64,000 bases of DNA from Microcoleus sp. (lineage in GTDB: Bacteria; Cyanobacteriota; Cyanobacteriia; Cyanobacteriales; Microcoleaceae): NCBI GenBank assembly GCA_042408215.1, contig JAYFMW010000017.1, positions 416,001 through 480,000 on the forward strand, read 5' to 3'. Under the pieces are notes generated by a model that was given only the letters and a program-made list of their open reading frames with translations, was not told the DNA's origin and searched no databases. Both the position numbers and the translations under genes were made by a program. Positions 11,701 to 20,510 of the stretch are shown here, one piece after another (the stretch's first letter is position 1; every line of letters starts with the position of its first letter).

Positions 11701-11925
11701 CGAGAAAGTGAAATCAACGCGGACATCAATTTCGCCCATGTGGATGATATCGTCTTCCGAATCGCTGCGACAACAGCCCCAAACTGCCCAGGCTATGGCT
11801 TCTAACAGCGAAGATTTGCCAGCACCGTTAGGCCCGCAAATGCAAGCGGTGTGCAAGCCGCGAAAGTCTAAAGCAGCTTCGCGATAGCTGAGAAAATTTT
11901 TGAGTGTAAGTTGTATAGGAATCAT
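8791..11925 (-). CDS. sbcC: SbcC/Rad50 SMC-like ATPase
   Basis: Walker A GPNGAGKS, long coiled coil, CPLC zinc hook, YSGGE signature, LIIDEGFG Walker B. Confidence 0.93.
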   Translation of the reverse strand: MIPIQLTLKNFLSYREAALDFRGLHTACICGPNGAGKSSLLEAIAWAVWGCCRSDSEDDIIHMGEIDVRVDFTFSTGGQIYRVIRNRRRGQSGSLEFQVSLNSDAIDDRLNFRTLTDKGLRTTQQKILEHIKLDYDTFINSAYLRQGRADEFMLKKSIERKQVLANLLKLDQYDSLSEQAKDTSKQFKAQVEAIKHSLHAIQEQLQQKDAIATEQVELQQATDRLQQQQQADTEHLQQLQLQHHNRQTWQQLLAGYQQQHTNISQECHRLQQELVVAKQQQNELQALLEKENEITEGITYFHSLQATEETLAGKFKAHQQAQNQRQQLQEQQRQELSLWQGKIQQLQAQLDVLEQQEKEVLEVLKQQPEVEKGLVQLQAARSQLNQLEQLQLQVSPLLQQQQQTQTRLDRAHAGLSARLDEINRQLQVQQQQREPQLQQEISAIASQILQLENKRVYQQRVREKGQERHNFLANLQVKSRDYQTRLAEIDQKLQLLRKDEAEKSLGEAVSSESQASNLAENEQSNSHLIVQDADFGNCPLCDRPLDEHYWNLVVKKHHSQQQEIWNQLWVVREQLAVSEREIQVLRQEFRKLEEELAPYEELRERRANLQAQLDALGKDENRLQSMRKDAAEIERSLRTGDYASDEYAQLQQLEVQLQQLNYSDRSHALARSEEKRLRWAEIQQAQIKTAQQKLNKINASRPELQTQLVTFQQQLEQQKNSSEIQQQILSLDRYIAEVGYNLEQHEQVRSEMRRTQFWIARAEKLRSAIQQYPQVQQRVNDIASSIAVRDRDLQAVSAQLSAISKQLQEHPDPRASISAIEQQISRRRQQLDQHLGSLGSLQQQQQNLEALQVQLVAQKEQMQVAKRQQRVYQELGQAFGKNGIQALMIENVLPQLEAEANQILSRLSANQLHVQFITQRAAASKKATKLIDTLDILIADARGTRPYETYSGGEAFRINFAIRLALARLLSQRAGTALQMLIIDEGFGTQDAVGCERLISAINAIASDFACILTVTHMPHLKEAFQARIEVNKTAQGSKISLSI

Positions 11926-11993
11926 TTAAGGCATCGCGCCATAGAATCTATCTCTTTATAAATAACACTATTTGTGCGCTGTTGCCTAGTTAT

Positions 11994-12330
11994 TCAATCC
12001 AGATCCATAACAATTAGTGCTTCTGAAAGATCTTCCATAATTGTATCGGACAGAACTCCGATCTGTCGGACGAACCTTTGTTGCGAGACAGAACGAACTT
12101 GAAAAGTGTCGGCGGCGGAGAGTTTAGCCAAGCCATTTTCGCCACTGGGTTCTAGTCGAACCATCCAATTTCTCTGGGTGTATCGCTGTTTCCAGTCCGT
12201 GATGGGAACAATAACTTCAAGTAGCAAAATTCCAACCGTTTCATCACTGACAATTACTGCTGGACGGGTTTTGCCGATTTCTGCGCCCACAGTAGGTTCA
12301 AGCGCAACCAGCCAGATTTCACCTACGCAT
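11994..12330 (-). pseudogene. PemK/MazF family toxin, frameshifted at codon 3
   Basis: ATG CGT A|GGT GAA ATC TGG: GEIWLVALEPTVGAEIGKTRPAVIVS is out of frame with the ATG that overlaps the antitoxin stop, and the toxin frame has a stop just upstream. Confidence 0.75.
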
Positions 12331-12622
12331 TAGTTTTTATCCCTGCGTTAAGGTATTCTTCCTCAGATTCAAAATAGGGATCGTTGTCAGGCGACCACAG
12401 GTCGTACAGCACACCTCCCGGCATATAATCATTAACGGCGGCTTCTGCTGCGGATCTGAGTTTCTGCTTTCTCTCAGCTTTGCGCTGAACCTTCTCTTCT
12501 ATTTCTTCCCGCATCATCCGCGAAGCTGTTTCGATGATTTCCAGGCGTTCTTCTGCTGTCAGATTTTTGAGTGCTGCTAAGATTTCGGTTTTGGTCATGG
12601 TTTTTTTGGGTTGGTTGGTCAA
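12323..12622 (-). CDS. putative antitoxin of the PemK/MazF module
   Basis: Small protein with acidic tail directly upstream of and overlapping the toxin start; true start probably at MTKTEIL. Confidence 0.7.
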   Translation of the reverse strand: MTNQPKKTMTKTEILAALKNLTAEERLEIIETASRMMREEIEEKVQRKAERKQKLRSAAEAAVNDYMPGGVLYDLWSPDNDPYFESEEEYLNAGIKTNA

Positions 12623-12664
12623 AAAGTGCGATCGAACCCAATCATCATTATATCTATTACAAAA

Positions 12665-12826
12665 CAGTCCTGGACGCAGCTATTGTGTCTGTGATTAGTC
12701 CCATCTGTGATTAGTCGCATCTGTCATTCGGAAACGTAGCGAATAATCTCGGAGATTCTTCGCTACGTTTCCGAATGACATAATTACTCGGAATGACATA
12801 ATTACCTTGAAATGCGTCCAGGAATG
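12665..12826. mobile_element. MITE-like element: CA(G/T)TCCTGGACGCA terminal inverted repeats around a TGTCATTC...GAATGACA hairpin
   Basis: Perfect 11-bp IR at 12668-12678 and 12813-12823; internal hairpin 12722-12780; no clear TSD. Confidence 0.6.
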
Positions 12827-12838
12827 TAAGTTCTCAAT

Positions 12839-12875
12839 CAAAAAAAAGGTTGACCGTATTCCTACAGCCAACCCC
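12839..12875 (-). terminator. intrinsic terminator after the outer-membrane protein gene
   Basis: Minus strand ggttggctgta-ggaa-tacggtcaacc stem followed by a T-run. Confidence 0.7.
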
Positions 12876-12914
12876 ACAGAATTTACTTGCAGTGCAGTTT
12901 TTCAAACAGCAAAA

Positions 12915-14048
12915 CTATCTAACAATATTCGGGAACGTATAGCCAACACCGATTAACAATCCCGCTTCAGCACCGTCGAGAAAACCAATATTCACGCCAG
13001 CCGTTGCTGTAAAATTCTTCGACAGCGGCACATCTACACCGCCGGAAATTAGGAAGCCTAAACTACTGTTGTCGCCTGTAGAAAATGCCACGCCAGCACC
13101 TGCATAAGGAGCCGCAGTAATCACAAAATCATCGCTGACTTCCACTGCATCTTGAGATACAAAATCGTAGGTAACGGGAACCAGAAAAGTTAAGTTGTCG
13201 CGAAACAAAACAGTTGGTCTCACGGAGATATTGCTCGTCAAACCAATTTTGCTAAGAATCGCAAATGAACTGTCGCCCAAGGCGGAATTTCCGCCAAAAC
13301 CGAGGTTGCCGCCAATCCCGACGTAGCTGGGGCCAGAACGGGTAGCTCTTCCGGGTCTGACCTCAACTTGTGCTACTTTTCGATCGGGTGTTTCAGAGGC
13401 GGTTTCCGATTTTTCAGCAACTTGCGGCTGGTTTGTCAGGGCCGATGCTGAAGTGCTGACAGGAGTTTTTAATACTTCCTCTGCTGTTTTGACCTCTTTT
13501 TCATCCTGGGCTGCTGTCAATTCGGAATTTTCGCTGTTCACGATTGAGGTAGGTCGATCGACATTTTTGGCAGTCTCAGCAGATGGCTGAACATTGACGC
13601 TATTATCAGCAATCGTAGCTGTTGCTTCGGAGTTTTTCATGTCAGCAGCAAAGGATGTATTTTCCTGATTTTGCATCTGGGCAATTTCAGATTTTACTGC
13701 TTCGGAATTTTCCTGTGCCGCAGCAGATGCTGGCAAGTTTGCAGTCGGTTGCGAGGCTGCTGCAATAGCTGGTTCTGACTCAGATTTGACTCCGGCATTT
13801 AGTTCGATCGAACTGATAGAATCAATTTTTTTATTAGTAGCAGTTGTTTCGAGATCGGCGGTCACTCCTGAAGTTACCACCGACTCAGACAATTGGTCAA
13901 TATTTTGAGCGGTAAAAGTTGCAGTTGTATCCGCAGCGGGAAAGTTGCCAGTTTCAGCTTTAGCTGAGAGGCCAGTGCAACAAACAGCTAGAGCTGCAAG
14001 ATTTATTAACGCACAAGCCGACTTGGAAAATAGGCTATTCATAAACAC
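12915..14048 (-). CDS. secreted/outer-membrane protein with low-complexity N-terminus and small C-terminal beta-barrel
   Basis: Signal peptide, A/S/T/E-rich linker, alternating beta-strand pattern (SYVGIGGNLG ... IGVGYTF). Confidence 0.7.
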   Translation of the reverse strand: MFMNSLFSKSACALINLAALAVCCTGLSAKAETGNFPAADTTATFTAQNIDQLSESVVTSGVTADLETTATNKKIDSISSIELNAGVKSESEPAIAAASQPTANLPASAAAQENSEAVKSEIAQMQNQENTSFAADMKNSEATATIADNSVNVQPSAETAKNVDRPTSIVNSENSELTAAQDEKEVKTAEEVLKTPVSTSASALTNQPQVAEKSETASETPDRKVAQVEVRPGRATRSGPSYVGIGGNLGFGGNSALGDSSFAILSKIGLTSNISVRPTVLFRDNLTFLVPVTYDFVSQDAVEVSDDFVITAAPYAGAGVAFSTGDNSSLGFLISGGVDVPLSKNFTATAGVNIGFLDGAEAGLLIGVGYTFPNIVR

Positions 14049-14075
14049 TCCTCAATCATCTAGTGTGTTAAAAGT

Positions 14076-14450
14076 TTGACATACTCCCGCCACTAATACC
14101 AATTTAATGGGTCGTTGCATATATCTCGATCCCCCTAAATCCCCCTTAATAAGGGAGTAGGGTGTGAGTAGGGGTTGACGAAAGAGCAGAATCTTGTTCC
14201 CCCCTTATTAAGGGGGGTTAGGGGGGATCAGATTCTACGGGGCCTCATAAAAAACTGGTATAAAGGGCGAAGCAATTAGCTGGGGATTCCCAACCTCCGT
14301 CACATTTGGTCGGTTCTAATGACACAAATATGAGTTGTCTTGTTCCTAGATTGGCACTCAACGGTTTAAGAGTCAACTCTCAAGGCGATTGCTTGAAGAA
14401 CCATCAGCTTATTTAGGGCTGAATTTAAATTTACCGTTCCACGGGCTAAA
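14076..14450 (-). mobile_element. remnant of an IS200/IS605 tnpB element (3' end and right-end hairpin), interrupted by a MITE
   Basis: Minus strand ends GAATCCCCAGCTAAT...TTAGTGGCGGGAGTATGTCAA, same architecture as the two complete elements; left boundary uncertain. Confidence 0.55.
14097..14260 (+). mobile_element. MITE type A (TACCA...TGGTA ends, TAA target duplication) carrying the GC double-hairpin core
   Basis: TAA at 14094-14096 and 14261-14263; reverse-complement relative at 24801-24943. Confidence 0.85.
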
Positions 14451-15004
14451 AATCAATCTTAGGGAGGATTTGATCCAGATGCTGTTGAATTTAGAGTCGG
14501 GCGCGGGGAGATGGGGAGAGCGGGCCCAGGGAGAGCGGGCCCAGGGAAATAGGGAGAATTTATTCACCGAAAGCAATCGCAGGCTGACGGGAGTAATTCT
14601 CAAATCTCAAATCTCAAATCGGCTGACGCAGCAGCCCTAACAAAATTTGAACTAACTAGCGACGCTGCTGCGCTGTCGCCGACAAGTAAGGTAAAATAGG
14701 ACTGATCCGATCGAGGGTGGCGATTCGATCGGGTCAAAATTAGTAAATTTGATTAAAATCGTGTAAAATTTGCTATCCTCTCAGTAAATTTGACCGATCG
14801 CTCTGGTTAAGCCTCCGATCGTCTCACAAAACAAAAGCAAAAAACTCAAGAAGTCATGCTCTCGTCAGAAAGCACTTATGTCTTCGTCATAATTTTCCCC
14901 ATCCATAAATTGAGGTTTTTTTCGCTCCCTCCGATACAGGAGACGCTTGTACCCTTGATTTCCTAGTTAACAAAATAGAAAGCAAATCATTGTAAACTTA
15001 CTGT

Positions 15005-15544
15005 ATGAGCAAAGTTCTAGTTATATTAGGTGAATTGAGCGATCGCGATATAGATTGGATGCTCGCCAACGGTAAGCGCACCAAAGTCCAAGCCGGCACA
15101 ATACTAATCACCGAAGGCCAGCCCTTAGACGCCCTGTACATTCTTCTGGATGGAACTTTAAGCGTTTCTGTATCATCTTTAGGCGACAAAGAAATTGGCA
15201 AAATTATTTGTGGGGAAGTGTTGGGGGAAATGTCTTTTGTAGACGGGAGGCTTCCTTCTGCTACCGTCACCGCCATAGAAGAGTGCCTGATCCTGTCAAT
15301 TCCGAGGCCACTGCTAACAGAAAAACTGGAGCAAGACGTGCTTTTTTCCCTACGGTTTTATCGGGCGATCACCAAATTTCTGTCCTATAGACTGCGAGGT
15401 ACTGTCAAGCGCTTTGGCGAAAAGGGTGATTATTTAATATATGAAGACCCCGATGACGAGGGTCCCACCCAGCAAAATGTTGATGCTCCAGACTTGGCTG
15501 AATCTAGATTTCAATGGCTATTGCAGCGTTTGAAGGGTTCTTGA
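15005..15544 (+). CDS. cyclic nucleotide-binding domain protein
   Basis: ILITEG...LYILLDG...GEVLGEMSF...SATV cNMP-binding pattern; no clear HTH. Confidence 0.85.
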   Translation: MSKVLVILGELSDRDIDWMLANGKRTKVQAGTILITEGQPLDALYILLDGTLSVSVSSLGDKEIGKIICGEVLGEMSFVDGRLPSATVTAIEECLILSIPRPLLTEKLEQDVLFSLRFYRAITKFLSYRLRGTVKRFGEKGDYLIYEDPDDEGPTQQNVDAPDLAESRFQWLLQRLKGS

Positions 15545-15800
15545 AAGAAGGAAGAAGGAAGAAGGAAGAAGGAAGAAGGAAGAAGGAAGAAGGAAGAAGG
15601 AAGAAGGAAGAATTAAAAATTACGAATTACGAATTATTCAATCGTAATTAGGAATTAGGAATTCGTAATTCCCTACTCGTAATTAGGAATTCGTAATTCG
15701 TAATTCGTAATTCCCTACTCGTAGCCCCAGGCCCCATCCGCCATGCCCAATGCCCAATGCCCAATGCCCAATTCCCAATGCCCAATGCCCAATTCCCAAT
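15545..15800. repeat. stacked heptamer tracts (GAAGAAG, AATTACG/CGTAATT, TGCCCAA/TTCCCAA) between convergent genes
   Basis: Directly visible. Confidence 0.9.
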
Positions 15801-16213
15801 TAAAAAACATATTTTTCAGCGACGCGCCAGTAGCGAGAAAAACGCTTCAAATCTATGTAGCCATCATAGCGCACAAACGGTTCTAGGGGCAAAACTTCCA
15901 CAGGGAGCGATCGCTTAATTTCCCGACAAATATCCTGAAATCTCGGACTAGGACTTTCTGCTGTCACCACTTTATTAGCACCGCATTCTTTAGCAAAAGC
16001 AAGAACTTCCGTAGCCACATCACCGCGCCGAATAACTACCGGCAACTCCAGCAAACATTCGTAAATAAACACCATGCGTTTGAGACTCAACTGCCATTCA
16101 TCTATGAGCGCCTCGTCCCAAACCCAGATAGCCTGAGCTTCTGGGTGTGCTTGGAAAGCAGGGCCTTCAGGACTCAGACAGTCGCCATGTAGCCAAATAA
16201 TCTGATTTTGCAT
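15800..16213 (-). CDS. stand-alone photolyase antenna-like (alpha/beta) domain protein
   Basis: [31 protein letters not shown] and KRFSRYW resemble the photolyase N-terminal domain. Confidence 0.75.
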   Translation of the reverse strand: MQNQIIWLHGDCLSPEGPAFQAHPEAQAIWVWDEALIDEWQLSLKRMVFIYECLLELPVVIRRGDVATEVLAFAKECGANKVVTAESPSPRFQDICREIKRSLPVEVLPLEPFVRYDGYIDLKRFSRYWRVAEKYVF

Positions 16214-16216
16214 AAT

Positions 16217-16400
16217 TGGTCATTGGTCATTGGTCATTGGTCATTGGTCATTGGTCATTGGTCATTGGTCATTGGTCATTGGTCATTGGTCATTGGTCAT
16301 TCGTAATTCCCAATTAGTAAAAAGGGAATTTCAAAAAAGGTAACAGCCAACAGTCAACAGACAACAGACAACAGACAAATCAAAAATCAAAAATCAAAAA
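16217..16400. repeat. (TTGGTCA)n STRR2 tract plus CAACAG(T/A) STRR3-like and AAAAATC units
   Basis: Directly visible. Confidence 0.9.
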
Positions 16401-16421
16401 TAACTAATCACCCATAATTTT

Positions 16422-17282
16422 TTAATTACTGCGGCCTTTTTGAGGACGATCCCAACTCTTAGAACCGCCACTCCGATCGACCTTTTCTCCATTAGGAAAC
16501 AACTGAGCCTCCAAGTATTCGTAACTCCCCTCAAAATCGCATTGGCCATACAGAGGACAATCTCGACAATAAACCGCCTTGCTGTAACGCTCCAAATTCT
16601 CCCGATTAAAAAAATAAGCCTTGTGACTAAAAGTGCTAGCCACCCACTGCCAAGAAAGATTATTACTGGCCGGATCGCCGTCTAGCAAATGTTCCAAAAA
16701 CCAGCGAGCCCCCGCTTGCCACTTCACCCTGCGCCAGTGTACAAGATAAGCGGCCATCCACATCCGCTGGTGATTGTGTAAATAACCAGTTTCCTGCAAC
16801 TCGCGGCTGAAACTGTCGATACAAACCAAACCAGTTATACCCTTGATGATCTCCTCTGGCAGAGTTTCGCTGTAATCTTTAGCAGTGTAACCAGTTTTGT
16901 AGGGTTCCCGGTCTTGCCAAATCCCCTTTCCCAACTCGGCGTATAGCCGCTGCCAATAATCGCGCCACCCCAACTCATCGATCAGTTTCACAGCATCTTC
17001 TGGATGCCGTACCTTTAAGAGCAGGGCATCCCGCACCTCTGCAAGGCTCAAAACGCCGTAGCGCAAATATGGTGACAAGCGCGTTACTGCGCCGTTGAGG
17101 AAATTGCGGGTTGACGCATACTTGCCGACCTCTACTTGTTGCAGTGCTTTGAGCGCAGCTTTGCGCCCGCCTAGGGTTGCGGTTACGTGACTTGCCCGGC
17201 CATCGGCTTGGGGGAAGTGTTCGCGCAGGTAGGCAATTAATTCTTCGCGGCTGGAAAAGTCCCGTTTCATGTCTTGACTCAT
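16422..17282 (-). CDS. short DNA photolyase, FAD-binding catalytic domain only
   Basis: VTRLSPYLRYG, ELGWRDYW, TGYLHNHQRMW, LLDGDPASNNLSWQWVA. Confidence 0.9.
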   Translation of the reverse strand: MSQDMKRDFSSREELIAYLREHFPQADGRASHVTATLGGRKAALKALQQVEVGKYASTRNFLNGAVTRLSPYLRYGVLSLAEVRDALLLKVRHPEDAVKLIDELGWRDYWQRLYAELGKGIWQDREPYKTGYTAKDYSETLPEEIIKGITGLVCIDSFSRELQETGYLHNHQRMWMAAYLVHWRRVKWQAGARWFLEHLLDGDPASNNLSWQWVASTFSHKAYFFNRENLERYSKAVYCRDCPLYGQCDFEGSYEYLEAQLFPNGEKVDRSGGSKSWDRPQKGRSN

Positions 17283-17493
17283 GGTTTTTAGGTGTTATTT
17301 TTTCAGTGCCTGCTATTTTTTTGAAGATTAAAAATATTTGCTTTGGGTGCGATCGAGCCTCGCGCACAAAATTCCTGTTTGATACTCGTACTGTACAATT
17401 TGCTGTCAGCAGCAATTCTTCGGTGGACTTGCAGGCAAAATTAACATCAAACTTATACCATACACTCAGGATTAAATATCATAGCAAAATCTC

Positions 17494-18669
17494 ATGGAAA
17501 CTTTTCAGGCGGACAAAGAAGCGATCGTCACAGAAGCTAAGGAGCAACACCAAGACATCAAAAAACTCGAAAATAGCCAAATTCAAGAGATCGATCGAGC
17601 AATGATGCGCCGCTGCATAGAATTAGCTCGTCGCGCCCTAGGCAAAACAGCTCCCAATCCCCTAGTAGGTTCCGTAGTCGTGCGAGATAGCAAGATTGTC
17701 GGCGAAGGGTTTCATCCCGGCGCCGGTCAACCTCACGCCGAAGTTTTTGCACTCCGAGAAGCGGGGGAACTCGCCGAGGGCGCAACTGTCTACGTGAGCT
17801 TAGAACCCTGCAACCACTACGGGCGGACTCCTCCCTGTACCGAAGCTTTAATCGCGGCCAAGGTGGCAAAAGTAGTGGCTGGGATGGTAGATCCGAATCC
17901 CTTGGTGGCTGGGAGCGGGCTGGCTCGATTGCGGGCAGCTGGCATTGAAGTTGTGGCGGGGGTGGAAGGGGAAGCTTGTCAAAAACTGAACGAGGCTTTT
18001 GTCCACCGGATTTTGTACCATCGGCCTTTAGGAATTTTGAAATATGCGATGACTTTAGACGGTAAAATTGCTACCAGTGCAGGTCATAGCACTTGGGTAA
18101 CAGGCGAGGAGGCTCGGAGCGAAGTACACAAGGTGCGCGTCGGCTGCGATGCTGTGATTGTTGGCGGAAATACGGTGCGTCTGGATAATCCCCAACTGAC
18201 GAGCCACCAGCCAGATAGGAACAATCCTCTGCGAGTGGTGATGAGCCGCACTCTGGATTTGCCGAAGTCGGCTTGGTTGTGGGAAACCTCTGTGGCGCGC
18301 ACTTTGGTGCTGACTGAGCCGGGGGTTAATCGCGAATTTCAGGAATTTTTGATCGCAAAAGGGGTGGAAGTTGTCGAGCTCTCGCCGTTGACGCCGGCTA
18401 AGGTTATGGCTTATTTGTACGATCGATCTTTTATGTCAGTGCTATGGGAGTGTGGCGGCACTTTGGCAGCAAAAGCAATTGCAGAAGGTGCTGTGCAAAA
18501 AATTATGGCTTTTATTGCTCCTAAAATTATCGGGGGTGCGGCGGCTCCAACTCCCGTCGGGGATTTGGGGTTTGCAGCAATGACTGAGGCTCTAACTTTA
18601 GAGCGAGTTTCTTGGCGCACGATTGGTGCAGATTGTTTGGTGGAAGGCTATTTGAAAATTAAAGATTGA
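17494..18669 (+). CDS. ribD: bifunctional riboflavin biosynthesis deaminase/reductase
   Basis: PNPLVG, HAE, LEPCNHYGRTPPC, TLDGKIA, ECGG. Confidence 0.95.
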   Translation: METFQADKEAIVTEAKEQHQDIKKLENSQIQEIDRAMMRRCIELARRALGKTAPNPLVGSVVVRDSKIVGEGFHPGAGQPHAEVFALREAGELAEGATVYVSLEPCNHYGRTPPCTEALIAAKVAKVVAGMVDPNPLVAGSGLARLRAAGIEVVAGVEGEACQKLNEAFVHRILYHRPLGILKYAMTLDGKIATSAGHSTWVTGEEARSEVHKVRVGCDAVIVGGNTVRLDNPQLTSHQPDRNNPLRVVMSRTLDLPKSAWLWETSVARTLVLTEPGVNREFQEFLIAKGVEVVELSPLTPAKVMAYLYDRSFMSVLWECGGTLAAKAIAEGAVQKIMAFIAPKIIGGAAAPTPVGDLGFAAMTEALTLERVSWRTIGADCLVEGYLKIKD

Positions 18670-18732
18670 GAGTTAAAAATTAACAGTCAATGTCTCTGTT
18701 TAGTTTTTAATTTTTCAGTTTGAATTCCTTGT

Positions 18733-19344
18733 ATGGTAGAAATTCTGATTTGGAGTTTGATGGTTGGCAGTCTCGGCTTGGAGGCTGCGCTCGCGGGTGT
18801 ATTTGTGAGCCGGGAGCAATTGGTGACGGGGCAAAAATCTGAGGAGGAGGAGGAAGTTTTGACCAGGTATGAATCTCAAGAAGAAAATGTCTCTGCGCGA
18901 GATAAAGCGCCATTGAAGGGGAATCCTAAACCTGATAGTAACGATTCTAATTTGATGGTTTGGGAGTATAAGATTGTGCGGGCTAGTAGGGATTTATTTC
19001 GCAATCCTGCTATTTTTCATCGGCTGTGCAGAGAAGAGGCGGAAGTTGGCTGGATTTTGCTAGAAAAGCTGGATGACAGGCGGGTGCGGTTCCAGCGTGC
19101 GATCGCACAGCGGGAGACTCAGAGGTCTAATTTGCCAACCTTTGACCCTTATCGCACTCATTATGGCCCGATGTCGAATGCTATGACGTGGGCGGGGGCG
19201 ATCGTGTTTCTGAGTGCGATCGTGCTTCCTGCTGTTTTAGGCTATGCTTTGGTGTCCACTACTCTAATGAGAAGTCGGTCTAATTGGCCGCCAGCTCCTA
19301 TTCAATCTTTACCTTCTCCCTCTGGGCCGGAAACTAATAATTGA
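18733..19344 (+). CDS. conserved hypothetical membrane protein
   Basis: Long ORF, WEYKIVRA core, C-terminal TM helix. Confidence 0.65.
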   Translation: MVEILIWSLMVGSLGLEAALAGVFVSREQLVTGQKSEEEEEVLTRYESQEENVSARDKAPLKGNPKPDSNDSNLMVWEYKIVRASRDLFRNPAIFHRLCREEAEVGWILLEKLDDRRVRFQRAIAQRETQRSNLPTFDPYRTHYGPMSNAMTWAGAIVFLSAIVLPAVLGYALVSTTLMRSRSNWPPAPIQSLPSPSGPETNN

Positions 19345-19369
19345 AATCGGCCCTTTTTGCAGTCGGTTT

Positions 19370-19499
19370 TATGGCAAGTCTAAATCATTGGTGAACTAGC
19401 TTTTTTTAAACGAACCGCGAAGCCGCGAAGGCCGCGAAGGAAGATAGGAGAAGAGCAGAGATGTCTGTGTGTTCGCTAGACTGATTTAGGCTTGCTATA
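19370..19499. mobile_element. MITE-like element with TAT(A/G)GCAAG(C/T)CTAAATCA terminal inverted repeats around a CCGCGAAG repeat core
   Basis: 18-bp IR with 2 mismatches; TA at both ends. Confidence 0.65.
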
Positions 19500-19514
19500 T
19501 ATGTTAGTTCGATT

Positions 19515-20441
19515 TTAAGTTTGGGGCGGTATTTCTGAGGGAGCGGATATCAATCTCAAGTTATAATTTACATCGCCTTGAAATTGAGAAACACGCACAA
19601 AATAAGTACCCGCCGGCAAAGCTCCAGGACTGACAATCTGTTCTGAAGCCGTACCTAAATTATTAGATGAAGCAATAATATCGTCTAATCCAACTGCGCC
19701 ATTACCGTTGAGATCCTGAATTAATTCTACATCAGCATCGGCGCTCAAACCATCGAGTGTTAAGCTGAAAAGGCTCGGAGTATTCAGGATAAAACTGTAA
19801 ATGTCGGCTGGTTCATTAGCGCCCACAAAATCAGTGAAATTTTGAGCTTCTGTCAAAACTCCCAGGTTTTTAGCTCGATTTAAATTATCGTCAGGAGCGG
19901 GGATAGTGCTCAAAAGTCCTTCTGATTGACCAAATTGAATGTAATGGTCGATCGCACTTTTAACGGCTCCGTTTGTGACTGCTGACGCTACCAGCGGGTA
20001 TTTTTCTAGATAAAAACTGGGGTCGAAGAAAGCACTGGGTTTGCGGTTCTCAAATTGACCGTATTTCAGAAAGTGTTGAAAGGCTGTAACTTGATTGGTT
20101 TGGACTGCTATTTGAAGGTCTGGATTGCTGGTTATATAAAAATTAACATCAAATAAAGGGTTGGGGCTGCGAACTTCAAATTGACCGAATTTGATAAAGT
20201 GATCGGCGGCTGAAAAGCCGTTGAGTTTCGCTGATACCGCTACGTCTGTATTTGTTTCTAAATAATAGCTGGCGTCGAACAGGGGATTAGGATCGCGATT
20301 TTCAAATTTGCCAATTTTTTGGTAGTGATCGAAGGGGCTCGATACAGTCCCTCTGGCAACTGCTACGGCGACATCGGGGTTGTTTTCGAGGTAAAATTTG
20401 CTGTCGAATAGTGTTCTGAGGGTTAGCATTATTAAAAACAA
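19515..20441 (-). CDS. protein with four FD..(F/Y)YL..NPD repeats and a C-terminal pre-peptidase (PPC) domain
   Basis: Repeats FDSKFYLENNPDV, FDASYYLETNTDV, FDVNFYITSNPDL, FDPSFYLEKYPLV; DIYSF...LDGLSADADVEL...GTYFVRV. Confidence 0.75.
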   Translation of the reverse strand: MFLIMLTLRTLFDSKFYLENNPDVAVAVARGTVSSPFDHYQKIGKFENRDPNPLFDASYYLETNTDVAVSAKLNGFSAADHFIKFGQFEVRSPNPLFDVNFYITSNPDLQIAVQTNQVTAFQHFLKYGQFENRKPSAFFDPSFYLEKYPLVASAVTNGAVKSAIDHYIQFGQSEGLLSTIPAPDDNLNRAKNLGVLTEAQNFTDFVGANEPADIYSFILNTPSLFSLTLDGLSADADVELIQDLNGNGAVGLDDIIASSNNLGTASEQIVSPGALPAGTYFVRVSQFQGDVNYNLRLISAPSEIPPQT

Positions 20442-20510
20442 TCTCTCTGGACTCAGGCGGGTAAGTGCTCGATCGAGTTCAATCCAGCATACAGTTTACA
20501 TCAAAGTTTC

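Noticed and set aside
9529..11805. Multiple ORFs antisense to or nested within sbcC
   Set aside because: Shadow frames of a Gln-rich coiled-coil gene
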